Shown: positions 1-10,693, counted from the first letter of the stretch. The stretch: DNA of 64,000 bases from Sulfolobales archaeon HS-7 (GCA_019704295.1 AP024596.1:1792001-1856000); one strand, 5' to 3'. Translations and numbers: made by a program. Notes: generated by a model not told the origin, from the letters alone.

Positions 1-284
1 GAGATATAACTTTTACTATTAGGAAGGGGTATGCAGTTTCCAATACCTTATACGCAAGCGAAGCCATAGAGAACGTTAAGCCGTACGTAAGCGTTAGCGG
101 TGACCATGGGTTCTTTAGAGATGAGGATTTTAGGGGAATCGTTATAGTGAAAATGAGGAACGTTAAGGCCCACAGAAACCTCAAAATAAAGATAATTGAT
201 ATTGCACCAACTATTCTTAAACTTTATAACATCCAAAAAACTCTTGATGGAAAAGTTCTGGAAGAAATATTTAACGGTAAGTAG
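1..284 (+). CDS. Alkaline phosphatase/nucleotide pyrophosphatase superfamily protein, 3' part (truncated by window)
   Basis: Open frame from nt 3 to TAG 282-284: ...SGDHGFF...IIDIAPTILKLY...LDGKVLEEIF, typical AlkP-superfamily C-terminus; not in ORF track. Confidence 0.75.
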   Translation, partial: DITFTIRKGYAVSNTLYASEAIENVKPYVSVSGDHGFFRDEDFRGIVIVKMRNVKAHRNLKIKIIDIAPTILKLYNIQKTLDGKVLEEIFNGK

Positions 285-287
285 GAA

Positions 288-1610
288 GTGCTATGTACGA
301 TGGATGTTCATTTAAGTAAAAGACATGGAAGAGCGAGAGCTAGGAGGTATTCAGAGGTTGGTATGCCATATACTATTGAAGGAATATACGATGAAGGTAA
401 ACTTCGATTCCCTATTTCCACATGGTTCCTCCACTCCCCCATTGTCAAAAACGTTCCAAGTAACGTCCTTCCACGATTTACGGGATTTTTGAATCTTCCG
501 AAGGGATATAAAAGAAACGGGATTTCAAAGGTTGAGGATATCGCCGTTAATACGCTTATTATTGGATGCGGAAGTTCGGGAATTTCTCTGCTAGAGGAAA
601 ACGCTAATGCTATGCTAGTTTGCGATAAACCGTTCGGAGAATTACCTTACGATGATTCTCCCGATCCCCATGATGAGAGGATACTTGACAAGCTCAAAAC
701 TATATGGAAGGAGAAATTGAATAAGGTCATAAATGGAAGGTATATAGGATTGTTCGATGAGGGCGTAGTGATTGTTACAGAGGAATCATTTATCATTGTT
801 AAGCCAGAAAAGACGATCTTTGCGGTTGGTGGTAGACATTTACCACCCATTATGGAGGGCAATGATTTACCGGGATTTGTTTCTTATGATTTATTTCTGG
901 AAAAATACAAAAACACTGCAAAAGATGTTGTAATTTTTGGTTCTACCAACGATGCATTACGAGCAGCACTAAACGTAAGGGGAAGGGCGTTAGTTCTTTA
1001 TAAAGAGTGGTTATTTAGTAAATTTTATATTGAAAAAGTAGAGGAAAGGGGTGTTGAATTAATTAAGGTAAAAGACGAAGCGCGATTACGTGGTAAGAAA
1101 AAGGTAAGTTCAATCGAATTTGACGGTCGTGAATTAAAGGTTAATCTTGCCGTTTTCGCCGTAATCAGACAACCCAGAATTGAAGCTACTGCGAATTTCG
1201 GTTGTAAATACGAGTTAAAAAACGGAGGAATCTACGTGCCAAAAGATTGTAATGCGGTCGGGGGTGCTATAGGAATCTCTGAGCCCCACCTTTCTTACCT
1301 TTCAGGAAAAGAAAATGTTCAAGACTTACCAGAAGTTAAGGAACTTGAACCTCAATTGTTCAACAACATTGAGGGAATCTATTTCTATAGTAGGGGTGGG
1401 TATATATGCGAATGCGAAGATGTCACTTTTGGGGACGTAAGTAAAGCAATAACGAGAGGCTACAATACTGTAGAATCCATAAAGAGGGTTACTGGAGCAT
1501 GTACTGGAGAATGTCAAGGGAGACAATGCAGCTTCTTGTTAGGAAATCTAGTAAAAGATCAAAATCTAATTACGTTTAGATCGCCGTTACTTCCGGTGGT
1601 CTCTACATGA
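288..1610 (+). CDS. Sarcosine oxidase alpha-like / dye-linked proline dehydrogenase alpha-type subunit with C-terminal Cys cluster
   Basis: IIGCGSSG Rossmann motif; C-terminal ICECEDV...KRVTGACTGECQGRQC...FRSP. Confidence 0.8.
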   Translation: MLCTMDVHLSKRHGRARARRYSEVGMPYTIEGIYDEGKLRFPISTWFLHSPIVKNVPSNVLPRFTGFLNLPKGYKRNGISKVEDIAVNTLIIGCGSSGISLLEENANAMLVCDKPFGELPYDDSPDPHDERILDKLKTIWKEKLNKVINGRYIGLFDEGVVIVTEESFIIVKPEKTIFAVGGRHLPPIMEGNDLPGFVSYDLFLEKYKNTAKDVVIFGSTNDALRAALNVRGRALVLYKEWLFSKFYIEKVEERGVELIKVKDEARLRGKKKVSSIEFDGRELKVNLAVFAVIRQPRIEATANFGCKYELKNGGIYVPKDCNAVGGAIGISEPHLSYLSGKENVQDLPEVKELEPQLFNNIEGIYFYSRGGYICECEDVTFGDVSKAITRGYNTVESIKRVTGACTGECQGRQCSFLLGNLVKDQNLITFRSPLLPVVST

Positions 1611-2710
1611 TAACCATTGTTGGGGCGGGAGTTCACGGCTTAAGCCTAGCTTATCATCTGATAAGGAAGGGAATTAACGATATAACGATAGTTGAGGCAG
1701 TCAGGGTGGGATATGGCAGTTCGGGTAGGAACCTAGCTAGGTTCAGGTTAAACTTCAATGATGAAAATAACGTCAAGTTCGCAAGGGAAGCTATACAGTA
1801 TATGTGGAAGGCTAGGAAAAAGTTGAATCTAAATCCAATGATCTACAAAGCCGGTTATCTCTGGCTTCTTAAGAAGGAAAAGGATATATCAAATTTCAGG
1901 AGGTTAGACGTTATGTGGAAGACATATGAAGTAAAGGGAGGTTTTATAGAATGTAAAGATTTTAGATACATTAACTTTGAAGGTGAGTGTTATTTTTCAC
2001 CTGAAAGCGGAGCTTTTCATCACGACTATTTAACATATGGAATCTATGATAAAATAAAGGACGTTGCAAAGTTCGTTTATGGGAACGTTACGGGAATAAA
2101 TGTAAGATCGGGAAAGGTTGCAAGTATAAGAGTAAATTCCACGGATTTGGAGACAGAAAAACTAATAGTTACGGCGGGAGCGTGGACACCGAGGCTCTTA
2201 AGTCCTATCGGAGTAAATTTACCAATAACTCCAGTAAGGAAGGAAGCGTACATAACTGAGGATATAGAGTTCAGAATAAAGCCACTTATTATAGACGCTG
2301 AAAGCGGCGTCTCGTTTTCTCAAACCCTTAAGGGGGAAATTATAGGGGGAGGGCCTGAAGAAAAGGAAGGATATGTAGAATTTTCAACATCGTTTTTTCA
2401 CATGCTAAACTTTCTAAGAACAGTAAAGAAAATCGTTAATGGCTTACATAATATTGGAGTTCTAAGATCTTGGAGCGGATATTATGAGATGACGCCCGAC
2501 AGGTCTCATATAATGGGCTATGATTCGAGCTGGCCAGAAAATCTCTTTGTGGATGCAGGATATAGTGGCCACGGTATGATGTTTGGGCTATACTCAGGGA
2601 AATTAATGAGTGACCTAGTTGCGGATAATACAGCAAGCGAATTCATAAGGATCTTTGGACCATCAAGATTTAATGAAGGAAGACTGCTCGCTGAGAGCAT
2701 GGTTATTTAG
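1607..2710 (+). CDS. FAD-dependent oxidoreductase, sarcosine oxidase beta / D-amino acid oxidase family
   Basis: IVGAGVHG, GSSGRN, WSGYYEMTPD, GYSGHGMM; ATGA overlap with alpha subunit. Confidence 0.85.
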   Translation: MITIVGAGVHGLSLAYHLIRKGINDITIVEAVRVGYGSSGRNLARFRLNFNDENNVKFAREAIQYMWKARKKLNLNPMIYKAGYLWLLKKEKDISNFRRLDVMWKTYEVKGGFIECKDFRYINFEGECYFSPESGAFHHDYLTYGIYDKIKDVAKFVYGNVTGINVRSGKVASIRVNSTDLETEKLIVTAGAWTPRLLSPIGVNLPITPVRKEAYITEDIEFRIKPLIIDAESGVSFSQTLKGEIIGGGPEEKEGYVEFSTSFFHMLNFLRTVKKIVNGLHNIGVLRSWSGYYEMTPDRSHIMGYDSSWPENLFVDAGYSGHGMMFGLYSGKLMSDLVADNTASEFIRIFGPSRFNEGRLLAESMVI

Positions 2711-2732
2711 ACAGTTGCTACTTTTTTCCGAT

Positions 2733-3029
2733 TCACTCCTCCATTAATATCTTGTATCCTAAGGAAGAGATTATGTTACTAATCTCCCTCGTATATCTTA
2801 CCACATCTGAGGACATATCGGAATTAACTCTAACTTTTAACGCAAGTGGCTTAAACTCCCTATTTTCGATAAAAATTCTAATTAAAGTCCTTTCCGAGGG
2901 TGCGCATATCATATTACCTCCGATTTTTACAATCTCACATACTCCCTTCATCTCCTCAGTTAACTTCGGGAGAATCTCCCTAATTTGTTGTGAGTTTTCC
3001 GTAAGGACGGTCATTGTTACTGAGAACAC
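2733..3029 (-). CDS. Hypothetical protein
   Basis: 98 aa ORF, GAGGTTGA SD-like site upstream, co-oriented with neighbours. Confidence 0.6.
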   Translation of the reverse strand: MFSVTMTVLTENSQQIREILPKLTEEMKGVCEIVKIGGNMICAPSERTLIRIFIENREFKPLALKVRVNSDMSSDVVRYTREISNIISSLGYKILMEE

Positions 3030-3040
3030 GAATTCAACCT

Positions 3041-3406
3041 CTAATTGATTTTTTTGACTGGTATTTTATATTGTTCTACGAACTTCTTTACGTATTCGAT
3101 CATTCTCTTCTCCCCCTTAACGTATTTTAGCTTAAGTTTTCTATAGCTAAATACTAGGGCCTCATTTTCATTACTGTATACTATTATTTTACCCCTTACC
3201 TTCCCATGTATATTCCTTACGAACCTTGCAAAGATATACGTTTCCTTCCCTATCTTAACCTTATGACACTCGCCTACTTTATAAATTGGTTCGCATCTCG
3301 ATGTAGAATTTTTCACCTCTACAATAGGATCGGCAACTTTTACTAAAATTGTCCTTACCCTATGTTTCCCAGTTCTACTATTGCAATTTTCTACTAACAA
3401 CTCCAT
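3041..3406 (-). CDS. Hypothetical basic protein
   Basis: 121 aa ORF overlapping the upstream reductase stop. Confidence 0.65.
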   Translation of the reverse strand: MELLVENCNSRTGKHRVRTILVKVADPIVEVKNSTSRCEPIYKVGECHKVKIGKETYIFARFVRNIHGKVRGKIIVYSNENEALVFSYRKLKLKYVKGEKRMIEYVKKFVEQYKIPVKKIN

Positions 3407-4373
3407 TCTTAATCTCCTCTACTGATTCTGCTATTCCTGCTAGATCTATTTTGTCCTCGAGATATGCGTCAATAAGTACCTCGTTTTTCATAAGTTTTCT
3501 CACTAATGTCCTTCGAGTATTAATAGACATGTTTCTGTATATCCTAAGTAGTATTCTCTGTATTCGTATCCTTTTTTCAATCTCCGAAAGTCCCTTGTCT
3601 AACGCTATATTTAAGTCGTCCCCCTTTGCTATGGCGTCAGATGCGATCTCAGCTGATATGGCCGATGGTCGTATCCCCTCGCCGCTCAAAGGGAATACTA
3701 GACCCCGCGCTTCACCTATTCTAAATTGTTTATTATTTACTTCAGATATTGATATAGGAGCTCCCCTTAAATCGAGGATTTCGTAATTTTTGAAGTTTCG
3801 TTTAATATAACTCAAAACAAGCTCACGTGAATTTGGATACTCAAGAAAGCCCGCTCCTACATTAATAATTCCTTCTTCGTCTGGAAAGATCCAATAAAAT
3901 CCAGTCAATGATGTATTGAATTCGAAAACTGCTGTATCATCAAAATTATCCACTTTCATAATAACTCTCGTCGTATACACCACTTTCCTATCCATCGGAT
4001 AGGGACCTCTACTATCCAAAATAAGGTCGAACCCCTCGTTAACGTTTTCTAATCTAGAGGCAACCAGAAGTCTGCTCCTACTTCTCATCGAATCTATCCA
4101 CTTACCTTTATCGATTACGAGCCACTTAGGATACCTGTAATTTACGCTATAAATCTCCTCTCCATCGAGTTTAAATAGGAATTTTTTTACCTCATATTTT
4201 ACAGGCCATTTTATTTTGGGGTAATATACATTCGGTACTACGTCTCCACACGGTTTAATGTAATGTTGAAATGGATCTATTACAGTTACGGCGTAACCTT
4301 TTTCGCTTAACAACGCTCCGGCTAACGAACCCGCTACGCCTCCACCTATTATTCCAATTCTCATAGATTTCAC
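3378..4373 (-). CDS. Geranylgeranyl reductase family FAD oxidoreductase
   Basis: GIIGGGVAG, KPCGD, FYWIFP, INVGAG, IGEARGLVFPLSGEGI; start may be ATG 4364. Confidence 0.85.
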   Translation of the reverse strand: MKSMRIGIIGGGVAGSLAGALLSEKGYAVTVIDPFQHYIKPCGDVVPNVYYPKIKWPVKYEVKKFLFKLDGEEIYSVNYRYPKWLVIDKGKWIDSMRSRSRLLVASRLENVNEGFDLILDSRGPYPMDRKVVYTTRVIMKVDNFDDTAVFEFNTSLTGFYWIFPDEEGIINVGAGFLEYPNSRELVLSYIKRNFKNYEILDLRGAPISISEVNNKQFRIGEARGLVFPLSGEGIRPSAISAEIASDAIAKGDDLNIALDKGLSEIEKRIRIQRILLRIYRNMSINTRRTLVRKLMKNEVLIDAYLEDKIDLAGIAESVEEIKNGVVSRKLQ

Positions 4374-4421
4374 GATCTATACAAATCTTTAAATATCGAA
4401 GTTTAATAGTTTGATTTAAAC

Positions 4422-4733
4422 GTGAAAGTTTTGAAGAGAAGGGAAAGCGATAATCCTCCTGAGCCATATATGTACTCGATGTTCTCAGCGTATGCCAAGG
4501 GGGCTAAAAATAAAAGCATAAGTTTAAAGCTGGGTGATGTTATTGAGACCGAAATCATAGATATAGACGATAAAGGCAGAGGTATAGGAAAGTATAAGGA
4601 CTTTAAGGTAATAGTGAATGGGGGAACTGTAGGGGACATAGTTAAGTTGAAGGTAATGAAGATAAAAGATACAGTGGCTTACGGTGTTCCGATAGAGATA
4701 TCGTTTAATAAGCGCCTAAAAGAGCTCTATTGA
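4422..4733 (+). CDS. TRAM domain protein
   Basis: EIIDIDDKGRGIGKYKDFKVIVNGGTVGDIVKLKV. Confidence 0.8.
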   Translation: MKVLKRRESDNPPEPYMYSMFSAYAKGAKNKSISLKLGDVIETEIIDIDDKGRGIGKYKDFKVIVNGGTVGDIVKLKVMKIKDTVAYGVPIEISFNKRLKELY

Positions 4734-4764
4734 ATTTATCAATTTAGATTCTTCAAATGAAGTA

Positions 4765-5655
4765 ATGAAAGGCATTATTTTAGGTGGGGGCATTGCAGGC
4801 TTACTAGTTGCAGAGAAGCTTAACTATCCAATTATAGAGAGTAACCCGAGGGTTGGCGGTACTTTTTCACAAGAAATTAATGATATTACCCTCCAGATGC
4901 CTTGCGTAGTAGGTAAGGAGTGTGCTAACTACCTTTCACAATATGACATTCCCTCGGTTGAAATTGATATCCTTCCAATGTATAGGAAGATTGAGCACTT
5001 TCAGGAAAAAGTCGGTTTTAATTTATTACGACTTGAGGAAGTCGAATGGTTATCCAAATTTACTTCAAAAAAGTTATATATTGTATATCTTAAAGATTTT
5101 GTTAATAAGCTGACGCGAAACAAGCGAATAATAAAATCTAGATTGTCCATGATAAAGGATAACGTTGTACGCTTATCGAATGGAATGACGTTTGACACGC
5201 CTGAGATAGTTAACGCTTCCAGTCGGAAAGCTCTAGCCTCAATTCTTGCTTTAGATTTAGGAAAACTCGGGTCTATTTTAGCCGCCGTTTTTGCGATAGC
5301 TACGAAGAAGGAAAACGTTGACTGGAATCTCATGCTTAATGGCGCTCGTGGGGATTTGTTTTCAATAGTTTTAAGGGATAATAGAGGGAAGGAATACGAT
5401 CTGTATTTCGTCTATTCATTCTTTAATTCCGCTTTATCGTTCCCGTCTAACTTTAGAGATAGAATATATAGTAATCTAAAAAGAAGACGAGTCTTATTAA
5501 GGGAGAAGGTAATAGCTGATAGGCTTCTTATTTTCAATGAGGGTATCGTGTTTGGAGAATTACCTATGGACGATTTTATTCATGTAGGTAGACTCGGTCT
5601 GTGGAAAAACTTCGACATATGTAGTACGATAAAAAGTGTAGACGTAGTTGGATAA
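4765..5655 (+). CDS. NAD(P)/FAD-dependent oxidoreductase (protoporphyrinogen oxidase-like N-terminus)
   Basis: ILGGGIAGL...ESNPRVGG; C-terminal HVGRLGLW. Confidence 0.7.
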   Translation: MKGIILGGGIAGLLVAEKLNYPIIESNPRVGGTFSQEINDITLQMPCVVGKECANYLSQYDIPSVEIDILPMYRKIEHFQEKVGFNLLRLEEVEWLSKFTSKKLYIVYLKDFVNKLTRNKRIIKSRLSMIKDNVVRLSNGMTFDTPEIVNASSRKALASILALDLGKLGSILAAVFAIATKKENVDWNLMLNGARGDLFSIVLRDNRGKEYDLYFVYSFFNSALSFPSNFRDRIYSNLKRRRVLLREKVIADRLLIFNEGIVFGELPMDDFIHVGRLGLWKNFDICSTIKSVDVVG

Positions 5656-5758
5656 GCCGGGGGCGGGATTCGAACCCGCGATATAACGGGTGACTAGCTA
5701 TACCCCTGCAGCCCCTAGCGCCATACGGTGTCGCCTTAGGCCGCTCGGCCACCCCGGC
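5655..5758 (-). tRNA. tRNA-Cys(GCA) with two introns (28/29, 15 nt; 37/38, 14 nt)
   Basis: GCCGGGG/CCCCGGC acceptor, U73, T-arm GCGGGTTCGAATCCCGC; removing ACCGTATGGCGCTAG and GGGTATAGCTAGTC gives the arm ACGGG-CTGCAGA-CCCGT. Confidence 0.85.
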
Positions 5759-5819
5759 ACTCATAAATATATGATCCGCGAACTTAAAATGTTTAATTAC
5801 GTCTAACGGGTGTGTAATA

Positions 5820-6380
5820 ATGATTAAGATGACAGAGATAGGCGAAATTTTAAACGAGATAAGGACGATTACCGAGTTCGTCATTGTTGGCGACACTATA
5901 GTTGATGTTACCCTTAAAAGGAAAGGTACCGAGAGTGACGTTGATATTTTCCCTACAACTATAAGCGCATTTGCTGATGAGGACGTAATAAGGAATTTTG
6001 CCTATAGTAACGGTTGGGATTTCGGTAGAACTCCGATAGATACTCCGCGGATTGTTGTGGAACTTGACGAAGGGCAACTTCAACTTGACTTCTACGATAA
6101 TATTCAAGATTTTTACGTACCGTCTAAACTTCTTGATTCGTCTATAGAGGTTAAAATTGGAAATTACACTTTCAAATCAATTCCCTTAGAAGGATATGTC
6201 GTATTGAAAGCTTATGCATATAGGGAGGAGGACGAGGATGAGCTAAGGTCCCTTTCGATGATCCTATCGGAAAAAAACATTCGTATTGAAGTAGACAAAA
6301 TTACGTCGTTCTCTGAACTATTTGAGGATTCGACTCAGAGTATAGTAAAAAGATTGAAGAACTTAGGTATTATTCGTTAA
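5820..6380 (+). CDS. Putative nucleotidyltransferase
   Basis: FVIVGD...ESDVDIF...QLDFY...[14 protein letters not shown], pol-beta NTase-like. Confidence 0.7.
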   Translation: MIKMTEIGEILNEIRTITEFVIVGDTIVDVTLKRKGTESDVDIFPTTISAFADEDVIRNFAYSNGWDFGRTPIDTPRIVVELDEGQLQLDFYDNIQDFYVPSKLLDSSIEVKIGNYTFKSIPLEGYVVLKAYAYREEDEDELRSLSMILSEKNIRIEVDKITSFSELFEDSTQSIVKRLKNLGIIR

Positions 6381-6550
6381 GCGCTCTTCTTAGAAGCTAA
6401 CTCCTTTCTTTTCAGTCTCAAGTTCTTACTATGACATCTTCTGCATTTACTTGCCTCTACAGAATTTGTTGCCCCGCAGTTCCTACAGATCTTTTTCTCT
6501 AACAATCTTTTCCTTACTATTTGCGCTTTGACAGGGTCGTTTATTGGCAT
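6377..6550 (-). CDS. rpl40e: 50S ribosomal protein L40e
   Basis: 57 aa MPINDPVK...[32 protein letters not shown]; below ORF track cutoff. Confidence 0.95.
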   Translation of the reverse strand: MPINDPVKAQIVRKRLLEKKICRNCGATNSVEASKCRRCHSKNLRLKRKELASKKSA

Positions 6551-6612
6551 GTAAACCCCTAGAAGAACATATTAATCTAGCATATAAAGGTTTATCCAAG
6601 CGAGTGAGTCTT

Positions 6613-7116
6613 ATGAAACTTCCACTAGACTATGTATGCATAAATAGCGGACTGCTTTGTGACAGATGCCAGTCCTTAGTAGACGAGGGGCAAATTGACG
6701 ACTTTGAGATAGAGGTTATGAAGAGTTTGATAGAGATAGAGGGGGAAGTTAGGGAACTAAAAGACTCTACCTATAATAAGTCTCTACAAGTGAACAACCT
6801 AATCATAGTAGTCGTTACCAGCGGTCCTGATATGACTCAACAAAAATGGGTAAAGGTAGCTAAGATGCTTCACGAAAAGTTGGGTAAAAAAGTTAGAATA
6901 ATTGAGAATACAAATAACATTAAACAGGGAGTTATACAGGTTATGTTTCCTGCTAGGGTACTGGGGGTTAATACTGTTTGGCTTCCCGACGGTTCTGTTC
7001 AGCATATAGTCAGGATAACAAAGGAGGACAAGAAGGTACTTCCAGCTTCAGATTCAGAATTAGAGACTCTTTTAAGCAAACTGTACTCTACACAGATTAA
7101 AATAAGAGCTGAATAG
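6613..7116 (+). CDS. nusA: NusA-like transcription elongation factor (Zn-finger type)
   Basis: [20 protein letters not shown]...[16 protein letters not shown]; ATG 6613 preferred over track start. Confidence 0.8.
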   Translation: MKLPLDYVCINSGLLCDRCQSLVDEGQIDDFEIEVMKSLIEIEGEVRELKDSTYNKSLQVNNLIIVVVTSGPDMTQQKWVKVAKMLHEKLGKKVRIIENTNNIKQGVIQVMFPARVLGVNTVWLPDGSVQHIVRITKEDKKVLPASDSELETLLSKLYSTQIKIRAE

Positions 7117-7119
7117 CTA

Positions 7120-8409
7120 ATGTATAAAACCCATTTCACCTCGGAAGTAACACCAGAATTAGACGGTAAAACAGTTTTTTTGGCGGGATGGATTCACACA
7201 ATAAGGGACCTCGGGGGCAAGAAATTCATTCTCCTGAGAGATAGAAGCGGACTAATTCAGGTTGTTGTCAGTAAGGACAGCGCGGCTTATAACTCGGTGT
7301 CTGAACTTACGTTAGAGTCTACAGTTCAAGTGGAAGGAATAGTTAAGTCCGATAAAAGAGCTCCAAGTGGAGTTGAAGTGCACGCACTGTCAATTAAACC
7401 CTTTAGTATAGCGAAATCTCCGCTTCCCCTAGAAGTTTCAGGTAAAGTCGAGTCGGATATCGAAACTAGGCTTAAAGAACGGGTGCTCGATTTAAGGCGT
7501 GTAGAAATGACATCAGTTTTAAACATTTCATCGGAAGTTATTAGGTCTTTCCGGAATACGCTTTACAGTAAAAGATTTATTGAAGTATTTACGCCGAAGA
7601 TAATAGCCTCTGCGACTGAGGGGGGAGCTCAGCTTTTCCCAGTGATTTACTTTGGTCGAGAGGCATTTTTAGCCCAAAGTCCTCAGCTTTATAAGGAGTT
7701 GTTAGCGGGAAGCGTAGAAAGGGTTTTTGAAATAGCCCCAGCATGGAGGGCTGAAGAGTCAGATACCCCATATCATCTTTCAGAATTTATTAGTATGGAT
7801 GTCGAAATGGCGTTTGCCGATTATCATGACGTGATGGAATTGCTTGAGGACTTAGTGACCAACATGATTGACGTAGTAAAAACCCACTGTGGAAAAGAGC
7901 TTGCCGAACTTAAACACGAACTACCTAATATTACCAAACCTTTTCCTAAAATTTCCTATAGCGAAGCACTTGAGATACTTAGAGGGAAGGGATTCACAAT
8001 AAAGTTCGGTGATGATATTGGAACGCCTGAGGCAAGGATATTAGCGGAAGAAGTGGGAACTCCTTTCTATTTCCTTGTCGAATGGCCATCATTTACACGT
8101 CCATTTTACACCAAGTCAATCGATAGTAATCCAGACCTGAGCGAAAGCTTCGACTTAATGTACAAGTGGATTGAAATTGCCTCTGGCAGTACACGCAACC
8201 ATAACAGGAAAGTACTCGAGGAGAATCTGAGGAGGAAAGGTCTAAATCCTGAGAACTTTGAGTTCTTCTTAAGGTGGTTTGACTACGGAATGCCACCCCA
8301 TGCGGGATTTGGGATGGGCTTTGCCAGACTTATGTTGTTCTTCACTGGTTTGAATAATGTTAAGGAAGCAATACCCTTTCCACGCGACAAGAAGCGACTT
8401 ACACCATAA
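7120..8409 (+). CDS. aspS: Aspartate-tRNA(Asp/Asn) ligase, probably non-discriminating
   Basis: [35 protein letters not shown]. Confidence 0.95.
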   Translation: MYKTHFTSEVTPELDGKTVFLAGWIHTIRDLGGKKFILLRDRSGLIQVVVSKDSAAYNSVSELTLESTVQVEGIVKSDKRAPSGVEVHALSIKPFSIAKSPLPLEVSGKVESDIETRLKERVLDLRRVEMTSVLNISSEVIRSFRNTLYSKRFIEVFTPKIIASATEGGAQLFPVIYFGREAFLAQSPQLYKELLAGSVERVFEIAPAWRAEESDTPYHLSEFISMDVEMAFADYHDVMELLEDLVTNMIDVVKTHCGKELAELKHELPNITKPFPKISYSEALEILRGKGFTIKFGDDIGTPEARILAEEVGTPFYFLVEWPSFTRPFYTKSIDSNPDLSESFDLMYKWIEIASGSTRNHNRKVLEENLRRKGLNPENFEFFLRWFDYGMPPHAGFGMGFARLMLFFTGLNNVKEAIPFPRDKKRLTP

Positions 8410-8517
8410 TTTTTTGCAAATTGAGAAAATCTTACCTTTTTTGAAAAATAACGCCAGGAATGAACTAGCGTTAAACCTATAATGTAATCTGTTGATAATT
8501 CTACTGCGGTTATTAAA

Positions 8518-8976
8518 ATGGTAACAATGAGACAGCTACCTCCAGATAAAGTAATAGAAAAATTGGCATATTACATAAAGGAGAGTATCCAAGAGATATC
8601 TCCTCCACAATGGGTGTATTTTTCAAAAACAGCCAGCTTTAAGGAGAGAGTTCCTGACGACGTTAGGGATTGGTGGTACGTTAGAGCAGCCTCTATTCTT
8701 AGACATGTTTACATATATGGTGCAGTAAGCGTAGGAGATACAAAGATGATTTACGGTTCTAGAAAGCGAAGAGGAACGTTACCCCCTGAGTTCAGAACGG
8801 CCCCTGGCCATGCGAATAGGATGATAATGCAGCAGCTTGAAAAGGCTGGACTGGTCTTTAGAACAAAAAAAGGCAGAAGATTAACTTCTAAGGGAAGATC
8901 TCTACTTGATAATATAGCAATTCAGGTATTTGATGAAATATCAAAATATAATCCTGAGTTAGTAAAGTACAGATAA
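8518..8976 (+). CDS. rps19e: 30S ribosomal protein S19e
   Basis: DWWYVRAASILR, QQLEKAGLV, GRRLTSKG. Confidence 0.95.
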   Translation: MVTMRQLPPDKVIEKLAYYIKESIQEISPPQWVYFSKTASFKERVPDDVRDWWYVRAASILRHVYIYGAVSVGDTKMIYGSRKRRGTLPPEFRTAPGHANRMIMQQLEKAGLVFRTKKGRRLTSKGRSLLDNIAIQVFDEISKYNPELVKYR

Positions 8977-8986
8977 GGTGAGTTAA

Positions 8987-9334
8987 ACGTCAAGCGATCA
9001 AGATTATGACCCAGAATTGGAGGAAATGTTAAGGAGAAAAGCAGCTTCAATGAGGAAAAAAGAAGATGCAGCAAGAGAGGCGCAAATAAGGGCGCAAAAG
9101 GAGGCCATTCTTAGGAGCATTTTGACGGAGGAAGCTAGACAACGACTGGCAAACATAAGATTAGTTAGGCCGGAAATAGTAGACGCATTAGAAAATCAGC
9201 TAATCGCTTTAGCGCAAAGTGGAAGAGTCAGGACGCCAGTATCAGATGAAGAACTTAAGGAGTTATTGGAGCAATTATTTAACAGGGATAGAAGGGACTA
9301 TAACATCAAAATAAAAGAAAGGGGTTGGAAATGA
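8987..9334 (+). CDS. PDCD5-like dsDNA-binding protein; probable ACG start
   Basis: [18 protein letters not shown]...[12 protein letters not shown]; frame extends to ACG 8987 just after TAA and SD GGTGAG. Confidence 0.9.
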   Translation, partial: TSSDQDYDPELEEMLRRKAASMRKKEDAAREAQIRAQKEAILRSILTEEARQRLANIRLVRPEIVDALENQLIALAQSGRVRTPVSDEELKELLEQLFNRDRRDYNIKIKERGWK

Positions 9335-9486
9335 GTAAGCATAAGACATTACCGTTAAAGCTCAGGTTAGGCAAAGCGATGAGAAGGACTTCTCCAGTAC
9401 CAGCTTGGGTCATTGTTAGAACTAACTCTAAATTCAGGACAAATCCTATAAGGAGAGAATGGAGAAGAAATAAGCTCAAGGTGTAA
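9331..9486 (+). CDS. rpl39e: 50S ribosomal protein L39e
   Basis: 51 aa [15 protein letters not shown]...[10 protein letters not shown]...[11 protein letters not shown]; below track cutoff. Confidence 0.95.
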   Translation: MSKHKTLPLKLRLGKAMRRTSPVPAWVIVRTNSKFRTNPIRREWRRNKLKV

Positions 9487-9490
9487 TAAA

Positions 9491-9760
9491 TTGAAGGAAA
9501 AGGAAAATTTTGAAATGGTAATTTCATTTAGGAGGCTGGTAAATACCAGGCATGCTAACAGGGCAGGTAGAGCAATAAAATTATTACGAAAAATGGTGGC
9601 AAGACACACCGGAGCAGAAAAAGTGATAATAACAAATGAACTAGTCATGTTGATAACCAGAAAAGGAATGGAGAAGCCTCCGAATAAAGTTACAGTAGTA
9701 GTAAGCAAAATAGCGGAAAAGATCTATATTGTGAAGCCCGCGGTAAAGGTTAGGACATGA
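9491..9760 (+). CDS. rpl31e: 50S ribosomal protein L31e
   Basis: RAGRAIKLLRKMVARH, RKGMEKPP; conserved operon position. Confidence 0.9.
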   Translation: MKEKENFEMVISFRRLVNTRHANRAGRAIKLLRKMVARHTGAEKVIITNELVMLITRKGMEKPPNKVTVVVSKIAEKIYIVKPAVKVRT

Positions 9761-10422
9761 ACCTAGAGAAGCTAACTATCTTCAATGTCAATGCTGTGGG
9801 CGTCTATATGTTTACCAACGATAAATTTACGCTAGTCCCTAAGGGTGTAGCCGATAGCGTAAAGGCTGAGGTAGCGAAAACGTTGCTCACCGAGGTTATT
9901 GAAGCAACCATATCAGATACAGCGCTCTTAGGTGTCATGATAGCTGGTAATAATAAAGGATTGCTCTTACCGTATAACATCAGGGATACCGAAATCGAGA
10001 CAGTAAAGAAACTTGACATCCCTTATGGAATAGTAAAGTCGAAAGCTAACGCGCTCGGAAATATAATTCTGGCCAATGATAGAGCAGTGCTAATTTACGA
10101 AAGGATGGAGGAGGAGAATTTGAAGATAATCAAGGATGTATTAGGAGTTGAGGAAATTAGGATTGGAAAAATAGCTAATATGCTAACTGTTGGAAGTGTA
10201 GGGGTAGTGACTAATAAGGGTGGTCTAGTCCATGTTGATGTTACAGAAGAGGAACTTACCCAATTGAATACCCTATTTAAAGTAAAGATTGACGTAGGTA
10301 CAGTCAATTTCGGAAACACGTTTATTAGAAGTGGACTCGTCGCAAACAGCAAAGGTATAATAGTTGGAAATGCAACTACTGGTCCTGAAATAGTAAGAAT
10401 CCAAAAAGCATTGGGTGAGTAG
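9757..10422 (+). CDS. eif6: Translation initiation factor aIF-6
   Basis: [30 protein letters not shown]. Confidence 0.95.
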   Translation: MNLEKLTIFNVNAVGVYMFTNDKFTLVPKGVADSVKAEVAKTLLTEVIEATISDTALLGVMIAGNNKGLLLPYNIRDTEIETVKKLDIPYGIVKSKANALGNIILANDRAVLIYERMEEENLKIIKDVLGVEEIRIGKIANMLTVGSVGVVTNKGGLVHVDVTEEELTQLNTLFKVKIDVGTVNFGNTFIRSGLVANSKGIIVGNATTGPEIVRIQKALGE

Positions 10423-10687
10423 TGTGAAAGTAAAAATATTCGTAGTAAAAGGAGAAGCAGTATTTAATGTATCAAGGTATCCAACAGTCCAGAAGTTCAC
10501 GAAATTCGTTACAGCCTTAAATGAGGTACAAGCAAAGGAAAAGGTTTACTCCGAGCTTGGAAGCAAGAATAAGATAAAAAGATACAATATTAGAATTACC
10601 GAAATAAGGGAGGTCGAACCCGAACAGGTTAAGGATAGAAGTATACTGGCATTACTTAAGTTAGACAAAATTATCCTTGAGAGGTGA
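10415..10687 (+). CDS. rpl18a: 50S ribosomal protein L18Ae/LX
   Basis: [28 protein letters not shown]. Confidence 0.9.
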   Translation: MSSVKVKIFVVKGEAVFNVSRYPTVQKFTKFVTALNEVQAKEKVYSELGSKNKIKRYNIRITEIREVEPEQVKDRSILALLKLDKIILER

Positions 10688-10693
10688 AAAAAA

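Noticed and set aside
5686-5730. Alternative splicing of tRNA-Cys to an AGG anticodon via the decoy BHB
   Set aside because: It leaves no valid anticodon stem, and U73 and the acceptor fit Cys.
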